Assembly (NCBI GenBank): GCA_013239625.1
Contig: MU053934.1
Location: forward strand, 10,455,003-10,519,002
DNA length: 64,000 nucleotides
From: Lama guanicoe
Taxonomy: Eukaryota
Direction of reading: 5' to 3'
Numbering within the stretch: the stretch's first letter is position 1; every line of letters begins with the position of its first letter. Under the pieces are notes generated by a model. That model was not told the origin of the DNA. It searched no databases and saw nothing but the letters and a program-made list of their open reading frames with translations. Positions 23,882 to 36,700 of the stretch are shown here, piece by piece. Made by a program: the position numbers and the translations under genes.

Positions 23882-24824
23882 GGAGGCCCGACTCCGTGGG
23901 TGCACCTGCGCAGGTGTGTGAGCCTCACCCACCCAGGCACTTGTTTCTGAGTTGGTCCACCCCCCATCAGATGTGTGCGTCCCCCTCTGCGTACCAGTCC
24001 CTGGGCTCTGCTGGGGCATCAGGGATGAGCCCTGGAGATCAGGGTCTTCCTCCCAAGAACTCGGGTCCCAGGTGGAGGCCGGCTTATAAGGAGGCCCCTG
24101 GGAGCAGGAATCATGTGTAGCAGGAACTGGAGAGTGAGGGTGTCTACCCCTGTCTGTGCACACACCTGTCCGTGGGCTCCTGGGAGGTGTGAGTGTGTGT
24201 GTGCACGGCCCCGTGGGTTTCGGGCGGATGTGCGTGTGACACCTGTGGTCCCAGTGGCTCATCTCTCTGGGCCGCAGTGTGGACCTGGAGCCCAGTCCTG
24301 ACTGCCCGTCCACACCCTCCCCAGGACCAGGAGGCATCCCCAGGAGTCCCCGCTGTGGAAGAGCGGCCTGAACCCACACTGCGCGCTTTGGATCAGGTTT
24401 TTCCGATAACCAATCACGTAAACAGCCCGATGCGTTCAACACAGATCGATGTCCTTCTGCCCCAGAAAGAATGCTGAATGCCCTGCCGTTAAGTCCTGCC
24501 ATCTGTCTGGGCCAGGAGAGGGATGGCTTTACTTTCCCCATAACTCTCAGGAGCACAGGCCCATTGTTCACCTGGTGACACAAGCTTACCACCATTAATC
24601 ACCCGGGAAGAGAGATGGGGTTGGCGGCTGGCTTGAGAAGTGGGGCTGGGAACTCGGGAAGGGTCCCCGTTCCCACGGCTGCACAGCACGCGAGGATCTA
24701 GGGGCTCCTCTGTGCCCGTGGACAGTGTCCTCGCTGCCTGGCGCCTCCAGCTCGGGTGCAGCGCTCCACAAGGCTCTACTGGTCTGCTCAGCGTGACCCC
24801 GCAGAAGCCCTCTGCCAGGCTTGT

Positions 24825-25000
24825 CCCAGGAAAATGGATAACCATTAATTTGCAATCGTCTAAAGTGTGGTGGAGACATTACTGCTAATTGGCAATAAGA
24901 GACACTAAATGGAGCAAAGTTTCATATTAATGAGCCGTTTATCAATACCTAACGGCCGGCGGGCTCCTTCCATCACTAGATTGGCTTTGGTTCTATCTGT
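24825..25000. promoter_or_regulatory. Candidate conserved enhancer
   Basis: CATTAATTTGCA 24843-24854, CTAATTGG 24885-24892, ATTAATGAG 24926-24934 and TTTATCAAT in an AT island. Confidence 0.5.
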
Positions 25001-25339
25001 GTCACGGACGTTTCCTGGTTTATCGAGCTGGCTGTTGTTCTCCGCCATTCTCCGCTGCCCTCCCCATGGCCCCAGCTCCCCTCCCTCTCCTGGTTTTGTT
25101 TCTAAACCTCTGGTGATGGCAGCTGCCCTGAACTGAGTGTCTCCGGCTTGTTGGGCGCCGCAGTCACACATCCATCTCCGCACCGTGTGTGCTGGGTGGG
25201 GGAGTCCAGCCGGCCTGCCTTTCTCCAGACCCCGCATGGGGCTCGGGCCGCAGAGGGGCCGCCGATCTCCCACTGGCTTCCCACAAGGCTCCGCCCAGCC
25301 TGTGCCGATTTCCAGTGGGGGCGACCTCAAAGGTCACTT

Positions 25340-25545
25340 CAGTGTCCTGGGACTTTGATGGAACCGATTACCACCAACCAGGGGCTTAAAACAACAGACA
25401 TCGATGCTCCCACAGTTCTAGAGTCAGAATCCACATTCGCAGGGGGGTTGCGGGGGGTCCCCGCTGGAGACTCCAGGGGTGGGAGGGTCCCTCCTGCCTC
25501 TTCCGGCTCCTGGCTGCTCCAGGAGGTCCTGGGCTGTGGCTTCAA
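25340..25545 (-). mobile_element. MLT1 LTR 3' fragment
   Basis: 'attaccaccaaccagggggcttaaaacaacagacatcgatgctcccacagttctagag...ctcctgcctcttccggctcctggc'. Confidence 0.75.
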
Positions 25546-28500
25546 GTCTGATGTAATCCCTTCATCTGGATGGGACCACAGTCCCTGCTCCGTCCAGCTG
25601 GGGCCTGACTGTGAGGCAGGAGTGAGAGAACAGAAGTGGCAAACACGGTGCACCCCTGGGCGCCGCCCGTGTGCGGCGGGTGCTCAGCCGGTGCCAGCTG
25701 CCCTCCTTCGGGACAGAGGGGGTGTGGGTGGCAGTCCTGCCATCCTGGGACCAAGGACCCAGCTGGGGCCCAGGCAGGTGGGCAGAGACGACAGTCCCAA
25801 CACAGCGGTGCGGGTAAGAGCAGCGTTGGTGCTGCTCCCCCGGCTCTCAGGATGGGCCGGCACGGAGGCCCCCAGGGCCCCCAGGGGCCTGGGAGGATGC
25901 TGGCGTCTGCTCCAGGAGCCAGCGTCCCCCTGGGGGTGCCCTGGCTCTTCTGACTTCTCCAGCTGGGAGGAACCTGGTTACTCTCTGTCTGCCCCCCAGA
26001 TCCAGGCCCGCCCTGCCCTGCGCCCCAATGTGTGCAGCCACTGAAAGTTCTGGCAGGAGATGGGGCGGGAGCAGAACTCGGTGCCTCCTCCCGCCCGACT
26101 CTTGGACTGCGCTCTGGCTGAGCCCCAGAACAGCCCCTCCTTACTCCCTCCTGCAGCTCCAGCGGCCCGACCCGGGGTGGCCGTGGCTTCCTGCAGCCGC
26201 CAGCTCTGGCTTCAGTCTCCGGGGAGGCTCCCAGACCTGCCCTTCTTTCTGTAAGCAGTCCGCCCATCCCCCCAGTTCAGCCTCTGAGTGGAATTCTGCT
26301 TCCTGCTGGGAACCCGATCTTCCCAAAGTGGCACCATGGTTAATTGCTGTGTTTAATTACTAAGAGGACATCATCCCCCTCTGCAGGGCTCACCGGCCCC
26401 TCCTTCCAGGCTGCCTTGGCTTCCTCTGGCTGCAGAGAGATTTCCCTGCCCACGCCTGCCCGCACCCGGTCGGCCCGGACGCCTGTGCCACTGATGGAAA
26501 GCTGCTGGGGGTGTTCAGAGGCCCCGGCCACGCACCCCCCGCTGCATGCTGCCTGCGGGTCTGCAGCCCCTTCGCTGCAGAGCCCTCCGCCAAGCACACA
26601 CACCCCTGCTACGGCCGTCTGGTCCTCCAGGGTCAACCCGCCCCAGGGCCCCCTGGGATTGGAAACCTTTGTCCGAAAACCCCGGGACCCGGGACTGCTC
26701 TCCTGACCTCTGCTGTGGGCACAGAGGGCCCAGCACCTTCCACCGAGTAAGCTGGTCCAAGCGTGGGTGCGAGCCTGCCGCCCCGTGGGGCCCCGCGCAC
26801 GACGGGCTGCTCCGCAGGGCGGGGCACAAACGGAGGAATTAAAGCGCGCTTCCAAGTTGGAATTACCTCCCCCCAGGATGTGGACTCTGGCCCTGATCAC
26901 AGTTCACCCCTATGGAATTGCCAGCCCCGGCGGGAGAGGGTCTGGCTGAGTACCCCCCTCCTTCCCAGTCACCAGCCCAGATGCCAGAGGCCTTCTCTGG
27001 GCTGAGCTGGGTTTACTGGGCAGCTCTGTCCCGTGTTCTGTTGGCCTGGGGATGGGGCAAGAGCCCTTTTCTTTTGCTTGAACTTGATAAAATGAGGACC
27101 ATTTGTAAGGTGCTATTAACGTTCTGAGGGCCTCTCATGTCCCAGTTCAACCTGTCTGAGCAGATGCACTGTGGGAACGCCAAGGTCCCCATGGGAACCG
27201 TGGAAGTGGCCCCTCTTACCTGGAGCCCCAGGGGTGACTGACTGACTCCTCGAGGGTCTCCTGCCCCCTCTCCCTTTCCTGTGAGTCCCCAGAAGTTCAT
27301 TCACTTGGGCAAAGGTGCCCTCATCTCTGGACTGAAGGAGATGCCTGGCCTCACTGTCAGTTCCGTGGGTCAGGGGCACGCGCCCTCGGCAAGCTCAAGG
27401 TCGTTATTCCGAGCCCCGCCTGCCAGCTCTGGTGCCGGCAGGGCGGACAGCGCCCACAGGGAGGGCTATCTTGAGTCCCGCACCTCGTGCATCTGCTCCG
27501 ATCACCCGCAGCCCTCGGCACAACGTGGAAAGGTGGCTGTGAGTCAGCCGGGAGCGGTCTCCCGCTGGCTGAGTCCCGCCTGGTTCTGCCCCGTTTTCCC
27601 TCCGGCATAATCAGTCTCGTGCCTCCCTTCCAGGCAGCCCGCAACAGAGCCTCGGGAATGGATAATCAATTTCCACAGTAAGTTAGACGGGTTTGCTTTT
27701 GTCTCCAGAAAGTCTCCCACTGGGAGGGGATTTTATAAAAGGCCCCTGGGAAGAGTTTCACTTCCGAACGTGGGCCTCCAACGGTGTTGGAGGTAGCGGA
27801 GCTCTGAGCGTGGATAACAGAGCGGGGGCCTCGCCTCCCCACCCACGGGGGGCTGGCAGCACAGGGGGTGCTGGGACGAACTCGCAAAGGCCTGCCCGGC
27901 CCGTGCTGTCAAGGACGCTTCATGGTGTAGCCGCTCTCTGCCACTTCTGTTTAAACGTCACTTCAGAGCCAGATGGCTTCTCCTGGAAACACCAGGCCTG
28001 GCTTCCAGGACCTGGGGACAATGTTTGTCAAACACAGCAGACCCGAGCCACCGAGGTGGGTGTCGCAGAGCCGAGCCCAGAAGCTGACTTCATTGTGGCG
28101 CTAACCAGGTTTGCAGCCATCTGGAACCCCCGTTCCTACCGCTGTGGGCATGTGGCTTGGCCTCCCTCCGCCTTCAGGGCTTAGGACAGATCACGGCACC
28201 GCGTGTTCAGAAAGCGCTCACTGGGCGGATGACGGTGGGACAGGGATCATCTCCAGTCATTCCGTTCTCCATCTGAGGACGTGCTTCTGCGGGAAGACCA
28301 GCAGCGCCTCTGGAGCAGGGGCAGGGGCAGGCCAGGCGTGTTTCTCAGCACACGTCCCGCCCGCTGCGCGCGCTCCGTAAACACCGATGGAAAGAGCATC
28401 GATCGTGCGCTGCGTCGAGGAGCTCCCTCTGTGGGATGTAAATCCTTCGTGATGACAAAGTCCTGAGTAAGCCCGTTTCCTTCTGATAATTCCTCAGAGC

Positions 28501-29489
28501 TTCTGTAAACTTCTCTGCAGTGTGATCCCTCAGAGGCTTACGGAGTCTGACTGGTGGGTCTGTCTTCGGTTGAGAACTTGACAAAGGCACTGGGTTGCAT
28601 GAGGGGCTATTTCGTATTAAACGCTGTCTTAAAACGCTGGACTCACACACAGCTGACCAGCTGCTTGTGTCGTGAGGGCTGTGCGTGAACGGGAAGAAGG
28701 GCGGGTTCTGTCTCCTGTCCCACCGGCTGGATGGAAAGGCAGGAAATAGACCACACACCACCCGAGGTCTTTTCTTTTCCTTTTCTTTTGTGCCAAGAAA
28801 ATAGAGCAGAAGCGACACAAATGATGTTCCTGCGCAATGTGTCTCCCCCGGAAGCACTCACTGGTGCAGTTAGATTATGAGGGTCCAAGTGTTGTCGTCT
28901 AGGGAGAAAACCGCTAACCAACCCACCCCTCACCCATCTACCCATCGACTAACCAGCCAGCACACCTCGTCTGCACCGGGTAACCAGCGGAGGCGAGGGC
29001 CGTCCGCCCGGAGCCGCGTGAAGAGGCTGCACCTTCTCTAAGCAGGAACACGTTGTGGGCCACCCGACAATGGCAAATGCCCTTGAAGAAAAGACTGGCA
29101 GCCTCTGGAGCTGCCAGCTCCCCCTCCTCTTCTCCACATGGGGCTTCTCTGATGACACGTCCCCGGGGCCCGTCACCCACTTCTCTGCTTGTTTGCTCCC
29201 AGTCTCCTCTCCTTGGACTCCCCGTCGTGTGTGTTCCCCGTGATTCTGATCTGTGTCATTTCTCACGGCAATTTTTTTCCTTTCTTCGGATTCTGTGGCT
29301 TTTGCAGAGAAAGTGATGTTGAGGGGAGCATCGATCCACTCAGCAGGGACACGACGAGCTTGGCATGAGCTGGACTCCCGCACGGGCCTCCGTGCTTGGA
29401 GTGCCCGGTGCGCTGGGAAGTGACCATGGCTGAGGACCCAGCTGACGTGGGTCCGAGCCTGAGAGGAAGCCACAGCACGGCTGGCGGTT

Positions 29490-29840
29490 CGGGGTATTTT
29501 CTTAGTCTCGGCGTCTTCAGCTATAAAAGGAGACTAATGATGCACGCAGTAAAGGGCCTGTTCTGTAGAGTCAATGGAAGTTTCATTGGAAAAGTCCTAG
29601 TAAGTGGCCAGAGAGGCTAAGTGACTGGCTGAAGGCCATACAGTGAGAGAGGGCTGGAGCCCTGCCCCAAATCTAGCTGACTCCACAGAGTCGGAATAAC
29701 GGCGCGGAGTCCCACGTACCTGGACCCAACCCCCCGTCTTCCGAGAACTCCATGACTTTGTGCTTTATCATTCAGCCTCTTTGAGCCTTAATTGTATCTT
29801 CTATCACATGGAATGATAACAGACAGTAGTAATAGCAAAC
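29490..29840. mobile_element. Cluster of three MIR fragments in alternating orientation
   Basis: 'agtctcggcgtcttcagctataaaagg' (+), 'ggccagagaggctaagtgactggctgaaggccatacag' (-), 'cctctttgagccttaattgtatcttctatcacatggaatgataac' (+). Confidence 0.6.
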
Positions 29841-30149
29841 AGTGCCCTTTGACGGTCATTGCCTATGGTTCCTTCTCCTCATTTTGGTTCTGTCGAGTCT
29901 GCCCTTGAGTTCAGATGCACAGAGCACCAACCGCCGTCCTGGAATGTGCCGAGTCGAAGTGTGGGGGATGTGCAGAAGAGGGGCTCTGCCCTGGGCCAGC
30001 AGGAGAGACACGTGGGAAGTGTGCTCCAGGCACCGTGGGGGGCGAGCGACATCCTTCTCCCTCACCCCCACCCACGTCTGCAGTGGGGTCCATGTGTTCC
30101 TTCCAGCGTCCCTGGATGTCGCTATCTGCCAGAGAGGAAGAGACCACAC

Positions 30150-30640
30150 TTGTCCCGCCAGCTGGCTGTTGACCACGCCTGGTGTCTTCCCACGACCAGA
30201 AAGACAGCTTCTGGCTTCTTGATCCTAGCAGACTAGCTCTCCACGGTCTGCCCTCCACCTGGTTCGAGTCGTTTCTCACCCCTCCACTCCCCCTGCGTTA
30301 GCCACATTCGCCCCCTCACGTTATGTGCCATGGCTTGACTCTTCCAGAGCCATACCTATATGTGGTCCATCTCTCGCTTGATTTCTCTTCCTACCGCCCA
30401 TCTTTCAAGCCCCAGCCCAGTTCCCGCCCCTCCTGGAAGGCCTCTGGAGGCTCGTCACCACTGCCAGTCCACCTCCCTCCTGCTCCCACTCTTCCTCCGT
30501 ACCCCATCTCTAGAGCACTCGCAGTCATCCTAGAATGTGGAGGTCTGTGCATGCTTCCAACCCCCCAGGCCAGAGACCACAATCCATGCATCTGTGCAGT
30601 GAGCGCGGAGGCCCAGGCAGGACGGTCTGAAGACGGCTGA
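30150..30640 (+). mobile_element. L2 3' fragment
   Basis: 'catctttcaagccccagcccagttcccgcccctcctggaaggcctc' and 'ccccccaggccagagaccacaatccatgcatctgtg' are L2-like. Confidence 0.55.
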
Positions 30641-31480
30641 CGCTCCCGTGGGTGACGGGGCGGGTGACGGGCGGCCGACGTGTCTCCTCCTGCAGCGCGA
30701 GCTCCCCGAGGGCAGGCAGCGCGGCCGTGCGTCGCGTGTCCTGGGAGAGCACGAGGCTCCCGGGGAGGCCCAGTAGCTATGTGCTGGTCGTGCATGTGTC
30801 CGGGAGGCCGAGCACGTGGAAGGCGGCCTTGCCCTTGGCCAAGGCTCTCCCTGCTGTTCTCATTCAAGCACTGAAAGTCTCTTCTCCTTGGGCGGCTCAG
30901 GCGGCCGCGGGCAGGCGAGCGTGCCTCCCGGGGGCCCGGCCCCGGCCTTCTGCCGCCGCCTCGCACTAGCGTCGCTTTGTGGGGCTTCTGGCTTGCCTGG
31001 CGGGTGCGGCCCGCTCTCGGCCTTCTCCTCCGGGGAGGCACGTCGGGCCCTCACCCTGGAAGGTCCCAGGCGGCCCACGGCCTCGGCGCTCCTGCAGGTG
31101 GCATCCAGAACTCCGCCTTGAATCACCTTTCTAGCTTTTATTTCATTCAGTAACAGCGCCCCCCCAGGGGGGGTCCCACAAGCCCCTGTTAGGAGGGGTG
31201 GGCTGCAGCCCGCCCGCCGCCCAGCGGCTGGCGTCGCAGGTGCTGGCGCCCTCCGGCGCGTCTCCCCAGGCCCTCAAAGCTGCTAGTGGGTTTCTTTGCT
31301 TCCAGTTTCACCCTTTTCGTAACTTTCTTTACCAGGCAGCCATAGCGGATTTTGAAAAATGCAAATCCAATCACACTGTGAGAAGCGCTCCGCCTGCCCC
31401 GTGCCTTCGGGAGGCACCGGAGCTCCTTGGCGCCTTAAAAGGGCGCCGTGTGTCCTCCTGGCGCTGTGCTCCCTGAACAC
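30640..31480. other. CpG-rich / CpG-island-like segment
   Basis: Dense CpG (gcggccgc at 30901, many cgcg/ccgg) with no gene start identified. Confidence 0.55.
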
Positions 31481-31724
31481 CAAGCTGCCTGCCGTCCTGA
31501 CAGCAAGCGCACCGCCTTGCGGCTGTGCTTTCAAAGGCTGCCCTCTGCCTGGAGTGCCCACCCCCATCTCAGCACCTGAAAGGCTTCTTTTCAGTTTCCA
31601 GGCCCTATTCAGTCCTCACCTCTGTCTGAAGTCTCTCTTGAAAACCCCAAACGGAGATAATCACCCCTCTTTGTATTTTCCCCGCGTCTCCGACACCCTG
31701 TTGTCACTACGTGCAGCACTTGGG

Positions 31725-31875
31725 GTGTAATTGCTTGTTTACAGCGGAGTTGGATCTTTCATAGTTTGGTCCTAAAGTCACCTAGGAGGTGAAAATTGCT
31801 TGTAATCAAAATTGCTCCTGAAATTCCCTTCAATTGCCCATAAAGAGCGGCGCACACGGTTTGGTGTCAATAGAC
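31725..31875. promoter_or_regulatory. Candidate conserved non-coding element
   Basis: TAATTG next to FOX-type TGTTTAC (31736-31742), TAATCA and CCCATAAA (31837-31844). Confidence 0.4.
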
Positions 31876-33249
31876 CACAGCGGGTCCTCCGAGCCGCTGC
31901 GTCGCGGTTCACCAAGACCCGCGGCGAGCCTTCCAGTCTCATCATGGGTGTCGAGGAAGCCTCTGCCCGTGCGCTGAACAAAGCCGCCTGCCTGCCTTCT
32001 GCCGACGGCCAGGGGCAAGCCGAGACCCCACCTGCTCCGCAGCTTGCTGCCCGGCCTGGCCGGCTCTGGCCGGCCCACGCTGCGCTCCGGGGCACCGCTC
32101 GCCGGGAGCAGTGCTGGGCAGGGCCCCTCTCCCTGCCGCCCCTCCGGGGACTAGACTTCAGTGCACGTGAGGTCAGCGAGCATCCGGTGTGGACGCAGGG
32201 GTGCGCTCTGTCTCCGGCTAGACTGGAAATTCCAGGGTTAGAAACTATGTGTTACTCGTCTTCAGGGACCCAACAGCAAACGACTGGGAAAGCAGCCTCT
32301 CCATCTTCCGCCGGATGCCGGCATGCAGAGGGGCTCCCGTGGCTGTTCACGAACACGCCGAGACAGAGCGCGCTCCCCGGCAAGCGGCTGCCGACCGGGA
32401 GCCGTGCTGGCCCAGTACGGGCAGCCTCCCTCGCTCTCTGTGCCCGTCTTCCCGGCAGCTGCGTTTGCTGCTCTGTGCGGCTCTTCTGGCCATGTGCTTC
32501 CTCTATTACTCCAGAGTCCGGCTTTCAGAAGTCTGTGCAATGCAACACTACTCTTTCATAATAATCCCGCTTGAATTCCTTGAGGGTTAGTGTTTCCGGA
32601 TACGCGCTTACTGACATGCGCTGCCAGTGCTTTCCGAGCACACTTTCAAGCCCAATTCCTTGGGCTTTTCAGGAAACGACCTGCCCCAGGGACGAGCAGG
32701 AGGGAGGAGGCTGTGCTGCGCCTTAGTGACCGGGGATGCTTGCGCCAGAAGGCGGGGGATGAGCAATTCTTTTCAGAAGCTCTGCCCAGCATCTGCTTTC
32801 TACAAAGGAGGAGACGGTCTCCTGCCTTCAAATCTGCGGACCAGGACGCAGTGGTCTGGAGAGCTTCATTAAACGTGTTAAGTTGGAAGAGAGGAATGCT
32901 GTAAACAGACACTAAGAAACTCAATCTCTACTTGCCAGGAAGGTTGACTTCTGACTGGTACGCATCCTCCAGTCTGAAGGTCCTCACCTCCCTCACTCAG
33001 TTTACACCACGCTGGTGGATGCAGCCAATGCTAAACCAGCCTTTGGGCCACGATGCACTTTCTATCTCCCACTTCTATTAAGCTGACTTCTATCATTAAC
33101 TTCGTCTTCGCTGGCAATGGCAACAGGTAAAATGGAACGAGTTGGTGTGCTCCCAGTTACAGCGCTGGAATAAAAGCTGCCCCAGGATTCAGCGATGTTT
33201 CAGCCAACATTTAAATTATCCAGCAGGACCATCAAGAGACAACGGGTAT

Positions 33250-35030
33250 CGCTTGTTGTCGTAGAATATGATACAGCTGACCTAAACAGTCTTCGCTGGT
33301 TTACCTTGGTAGAGAATTCTAGGCTTAAAGTCACCCTCCCCATGGGCTTCTGAAGCTCTTCTGTACTGTCTTCCAGCTGAAGTCGCCATCAGTGAGAAAC
33401 AGGCAATCTTCTTCCTTCTCCCCCCACCACCTTGTAGGCAATCCGTATTTTCTCTTTGGCTGATTTTGCAATGTGATCAAAAAAGGCAAACAAGGTTTCG
33501 CCTGATGTTGGGTCCAGGCGTGCATTTATTTTTAATTATCCTGTTTATGATGCAGTGAGCCCCTCAGCTTGAGAATTCAGGCCTTTCTTTGATTCTCGAA
33601 ACCCCTTGGCCATTATTGTCTGCCTCCTTCTCGTTATGATTTTCGTCTGGAATTCAAGTGAGAGCCACGTCAGGATTGTGTTTGTTTAGTCTCAGCTTCC
33701 TCCAACCTCAGTCGTGCTTTCAAACCTTCCTCCTCTCCGTGCTGCGTTCCAGGCTACGTCCTCATTCCTGCCTTCCTGTTCACTGATTCTCTGTTCAGCT
33801 GCTTCAGTCTACCATTGAAATGACTGTCGGACTTTGCAGTTTAAATGATGGTCTTCTTTGTTCTGAGAAACTCTACATGGCTCTTTTCTAAATCTGCTTG
33901 TTCTTTCCAGAATCTCGTGTTTTCCACATGGTTTCTATTCCTTCTTTCATCCCTGTAATTATTTTAAACATAACCATTTTATGGTTTCGCAGAATCCTCA
34001 CATTTAGTGTGCTGCCCCCAATTATTCTCAGCCCTTTCTAAGAGGGTTGCAGATGCTGAACAGATGCTTTCCCACCCCCAACATCAGTTTGGGGATAACC
34101 TTGGCTAAATGAATACAAGCAAAAGTGCCACGTTTTGACAGTAGGCTTATGAACCTTTGCCTGTGAGAAAATGTCCCAAATAGTGGCTACTCACACTGAT
34201 GAGCTTTTAGGATGACAAAGACACGGGGAGCAGAGTCAAAGCCAACCTGCAGGATGCCACATAGTGTGAGTGAGGCAAACATGCTTGCTTCTTTCAGCCA
34301 CGGGGATTTGGGGGTTTTTGTTACACAGCATGGCCTAGTCTAAGCTGCTGACACTGGCACTAATTCTTCTTTTGTGGTATCTGCTTGTGCTGGCTCACAG
34401 TGGGTTAATTACTCGTGTGGTTTGTCATTTTTTTGTTGCGAATCTGTCTTCACTGTGAGTTGTTTTTGTTTTTGGCCGTGGGAGTCTCACGGACTCTGAG
34501 TGGTGGGTGTGTCTCTGCTGATATATATTTTGTTTCTTTTCTTCCTTCTGCCCAGAAACCCCAGGTTTTCACCAGTCTGGGGCCTTTGTTCTTTGCAGAC
34601 TTTTACTCTATATTGCTCTTCTAAATTCAGACCCCAAACCTATATGTGGTCAAGGCTTATGTGTTTAATTTTCATGAGAGCCTTTGTTTCTGACCACATC
34701 TGGAAACAAGGTGACCTCTCCCTTCAGCCCCTACTTGGGGGGCAGTTTCTGCCCACTTTTCTGGGTGGGTTGCCCATCTCGGATCCTGCCTTTATGCAGG
34801 GACCTCGCTTCCTTGTCCTGACTTTACACAAGGACGTGTCTTCTGCCCAGTGTGGACATGAAAGTCCTGACCCAGCCCCTGGGCCTCGTATCTGGTCAGA
34901 TGCCCTGTGATGCCCCGGCCTCGAGTTCCCCCTCTATTTCGGGGACCTGGCTCCTTGCATTTTAATCTTAACTATGTTTGCAACTTTTAAAAGTTACACT
35001 TAACACAGTTTTCCCATGTACTTGGAGTGG
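33250..35030 (-). mobile_element. Ancient L1M/HAL1-like ORF1-side fragment, split by an MLT1
   Basis: Minus strand reads 'ctttaagcctagaattctctacc' (PRILY-like ORF1 motif); shares 'aaatctgc..ttcttt' motifs with 1260-2930. Confidence 0.6.
34005..34355 (+). mobile_element. Old MLT1 LTR
   Basis: 3' end 'ttcagccacggggatttgggggtttttgttacacagcatggcctagtctaagctg' is typical of MLT1. Confidence 0.7.
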
Positions 35031-35074
35031 AAGAGCCTGGCTCAGCTCTTTCTGCTAATTTTGTTGTCTGTTTG

Positions 35075-35205
35075 CTCACCAAGGCTTGAACCCCAGGAGG
35101 GCAGGGACCACTTCCATCCTAGTCACTGTCATTCCGCGGTGCCTGGAGCACGCGCAGGACATGGAGGTGCTCAGCAGGTCTTTGTCCACTGATCGAATAA
35201 ATGAC
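35075..35205 (+). mobile_element. L2 3' terminus
   Basis: 'ccccaggagggcagggaccac...gtcactgtcattccgcggtgcctggagcacg...ggaggtgctcagcagg...gaataaatga'. Confidence 0.75.
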
Positions 35206-35489
35206 ACCTTGAAAGAAGAGGTTGGAGGGGACCTGCAGAGGACAGCTGGTTGCTTCTGTCTGTCATGATTCTGCTCCTCTGCCCTTTCCAGCAGTTGGGC
35301 TGTTACAGGATAGGTTTGCGCAGGAATTGGGAGAGGACTAGAAAGCAGCTCGAGGGGAGAAAGGTTTTTCCTGTAAAAGCCTTGTTTGGGTTCCCTGGGG
35401 TGTTCCACCCCCCTGTTCCCAGGGGGGCCAAAGCAAGCCTGGGTCCCTGCCTTGGTAGCTCCCAGGGCCACACATGAGGGGCACACAGA

Positions 35490-35750
35490 CTGGCAATTAC
35501 ACCCGGTTGGTAAGCACTGCAGTGAAGAGGAGGATGGGAACGTGAGAGCACAGGTGGGAGCGCAGGCCCAGGAAGGCTTCCTGGAAGAGGTGACAATTAG
35601 GCCTGAGCTGTGGCAGACTCTGGGCTTTTGTCAGGGGGACACAGGCAGAGGAGGGAGGGAACGGGCATCCCTGATGGGGACGCAGCACGTGGCAATGCTT
35701 AGAGGCGAGAGCAGGGCGATGGGCTGTGGGGACCAGCAGGCTGGGCAGAG
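35490..35750 (-). mobile_element. L2 fragment
   Basis: 'caggaaggcttcctggaagaggtgacaattaggcctgagc' is an L2 antisense motif. Confidence 0.6.
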
Positions 35751-36224
35751 CTTTACTATTTTCAGGCCGGGCATGTCTCCCCTTCCACCTGCAGACGTTA
35801 ATTTTCTCGGATTACTCTTACTCAACCACTTTGAAACCGTAGATTCTCTTCTCAGAAATAGCACATTCGCTCAGCATTCAGTGTGGAGACAAAGAGGGTG
35901 ACATCAGACCAGGGTTCAGGAGGGCTCAGGAGCTCATCTCTGCAGAGAAGTTTGGCTTCCAGATGCCCCTAGAATGTTCTGGGCCAACTCTGACTCAAGC
36001 CACCCCCAGGGACATCAACACAGGAGACTTTCAGGCAGGTGGACTTGAGGGTCTGAGGAATGAGGCTGTTTCTGGGCAGACACAGGCTCCAGCCCAGCTT
36101 GACGCGTTGGTGTTCTGTGTCCATGGGCAGCGGGGTCCCCCCCGTGGCCACAGTGCCCTACCCCCGCAGGGGGCCGATAGGACCGTCTCTTCCTGCGGTG
36201 TTTTAAATGCTGTGGAGGGAAGAC

Positions 36225-36700
36225 TGAACGTGTTTGCAGGTAAATAAATGGCACTTGCTAAGTCTGAGCTGTTAGTATTACTGATACATTTCAATTTATC
36301 TTTCTTCATTCTTAACTGATTCATATTCTGTTTATTTTATTCAAACCTGCCTGTGACGATCCAGGTTGAGGCCACTGGTCAGTCCCCCCTCTCCAGGGGT
36401 TCCCAGGACGACATCCCATGGGGTGGCTCTGTTTCTGGAGTCCTCTGAGCTCCTGCCCCGGGGGGCTGGCCAGCGCCGCCCCGCAGGCTGGGGAAGGAGT
36501 CAGGAGGGCCATGAAGCCATCGGGTGCCTCCACGATTTATTAACTTTGACTTGGAAGTTAAACCCCCAGCGGCAGAGATTAGGGATGAGCAAAGGAAATG
36601 AGAAGTTGCCTTTCCTCTTCTCAGCCTTGAATCAGAGCTCGACAACTCCGAATAAAAATGGAAAAAATTTCAATTACGATGCAGATGGATTTTAGGTGTC
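36225..36700. promoter_or_regulatory. Candidate conserved enhancer (two AT-rich blocks)
   Basis: GTAAATAAA (36240), TGTTTATTTT, GATTTATTAAC, AATAAAAA and TCAATTAC in non-repeat AT islands. Confidence 0.4.

Noticed and set aside
23336..24595. Longest ORF (419 aa, - strand)
   Set aside because: Runs through the N gap and an MLT1 LTR, is Pro/Gly/Ser-rich with no domain, and is an artefact of high GC and Ns.
25148..26267. Overlapping 298-aa and 241-aa ORFs
   Set aside because: Open on both strands, partly overlapping an MLT1 fragment, low-complexity G/P/A/R composition, no recognisable protein.
32900..33420. Possible processed pseudogene or coding exon (balanced composition)
   Set aside because: The minus strand shows a degenerate L1 ORF1-like motif and frequent stops, and I recognise no cellular protein. 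A BLASTX search would settle 32900-33250.
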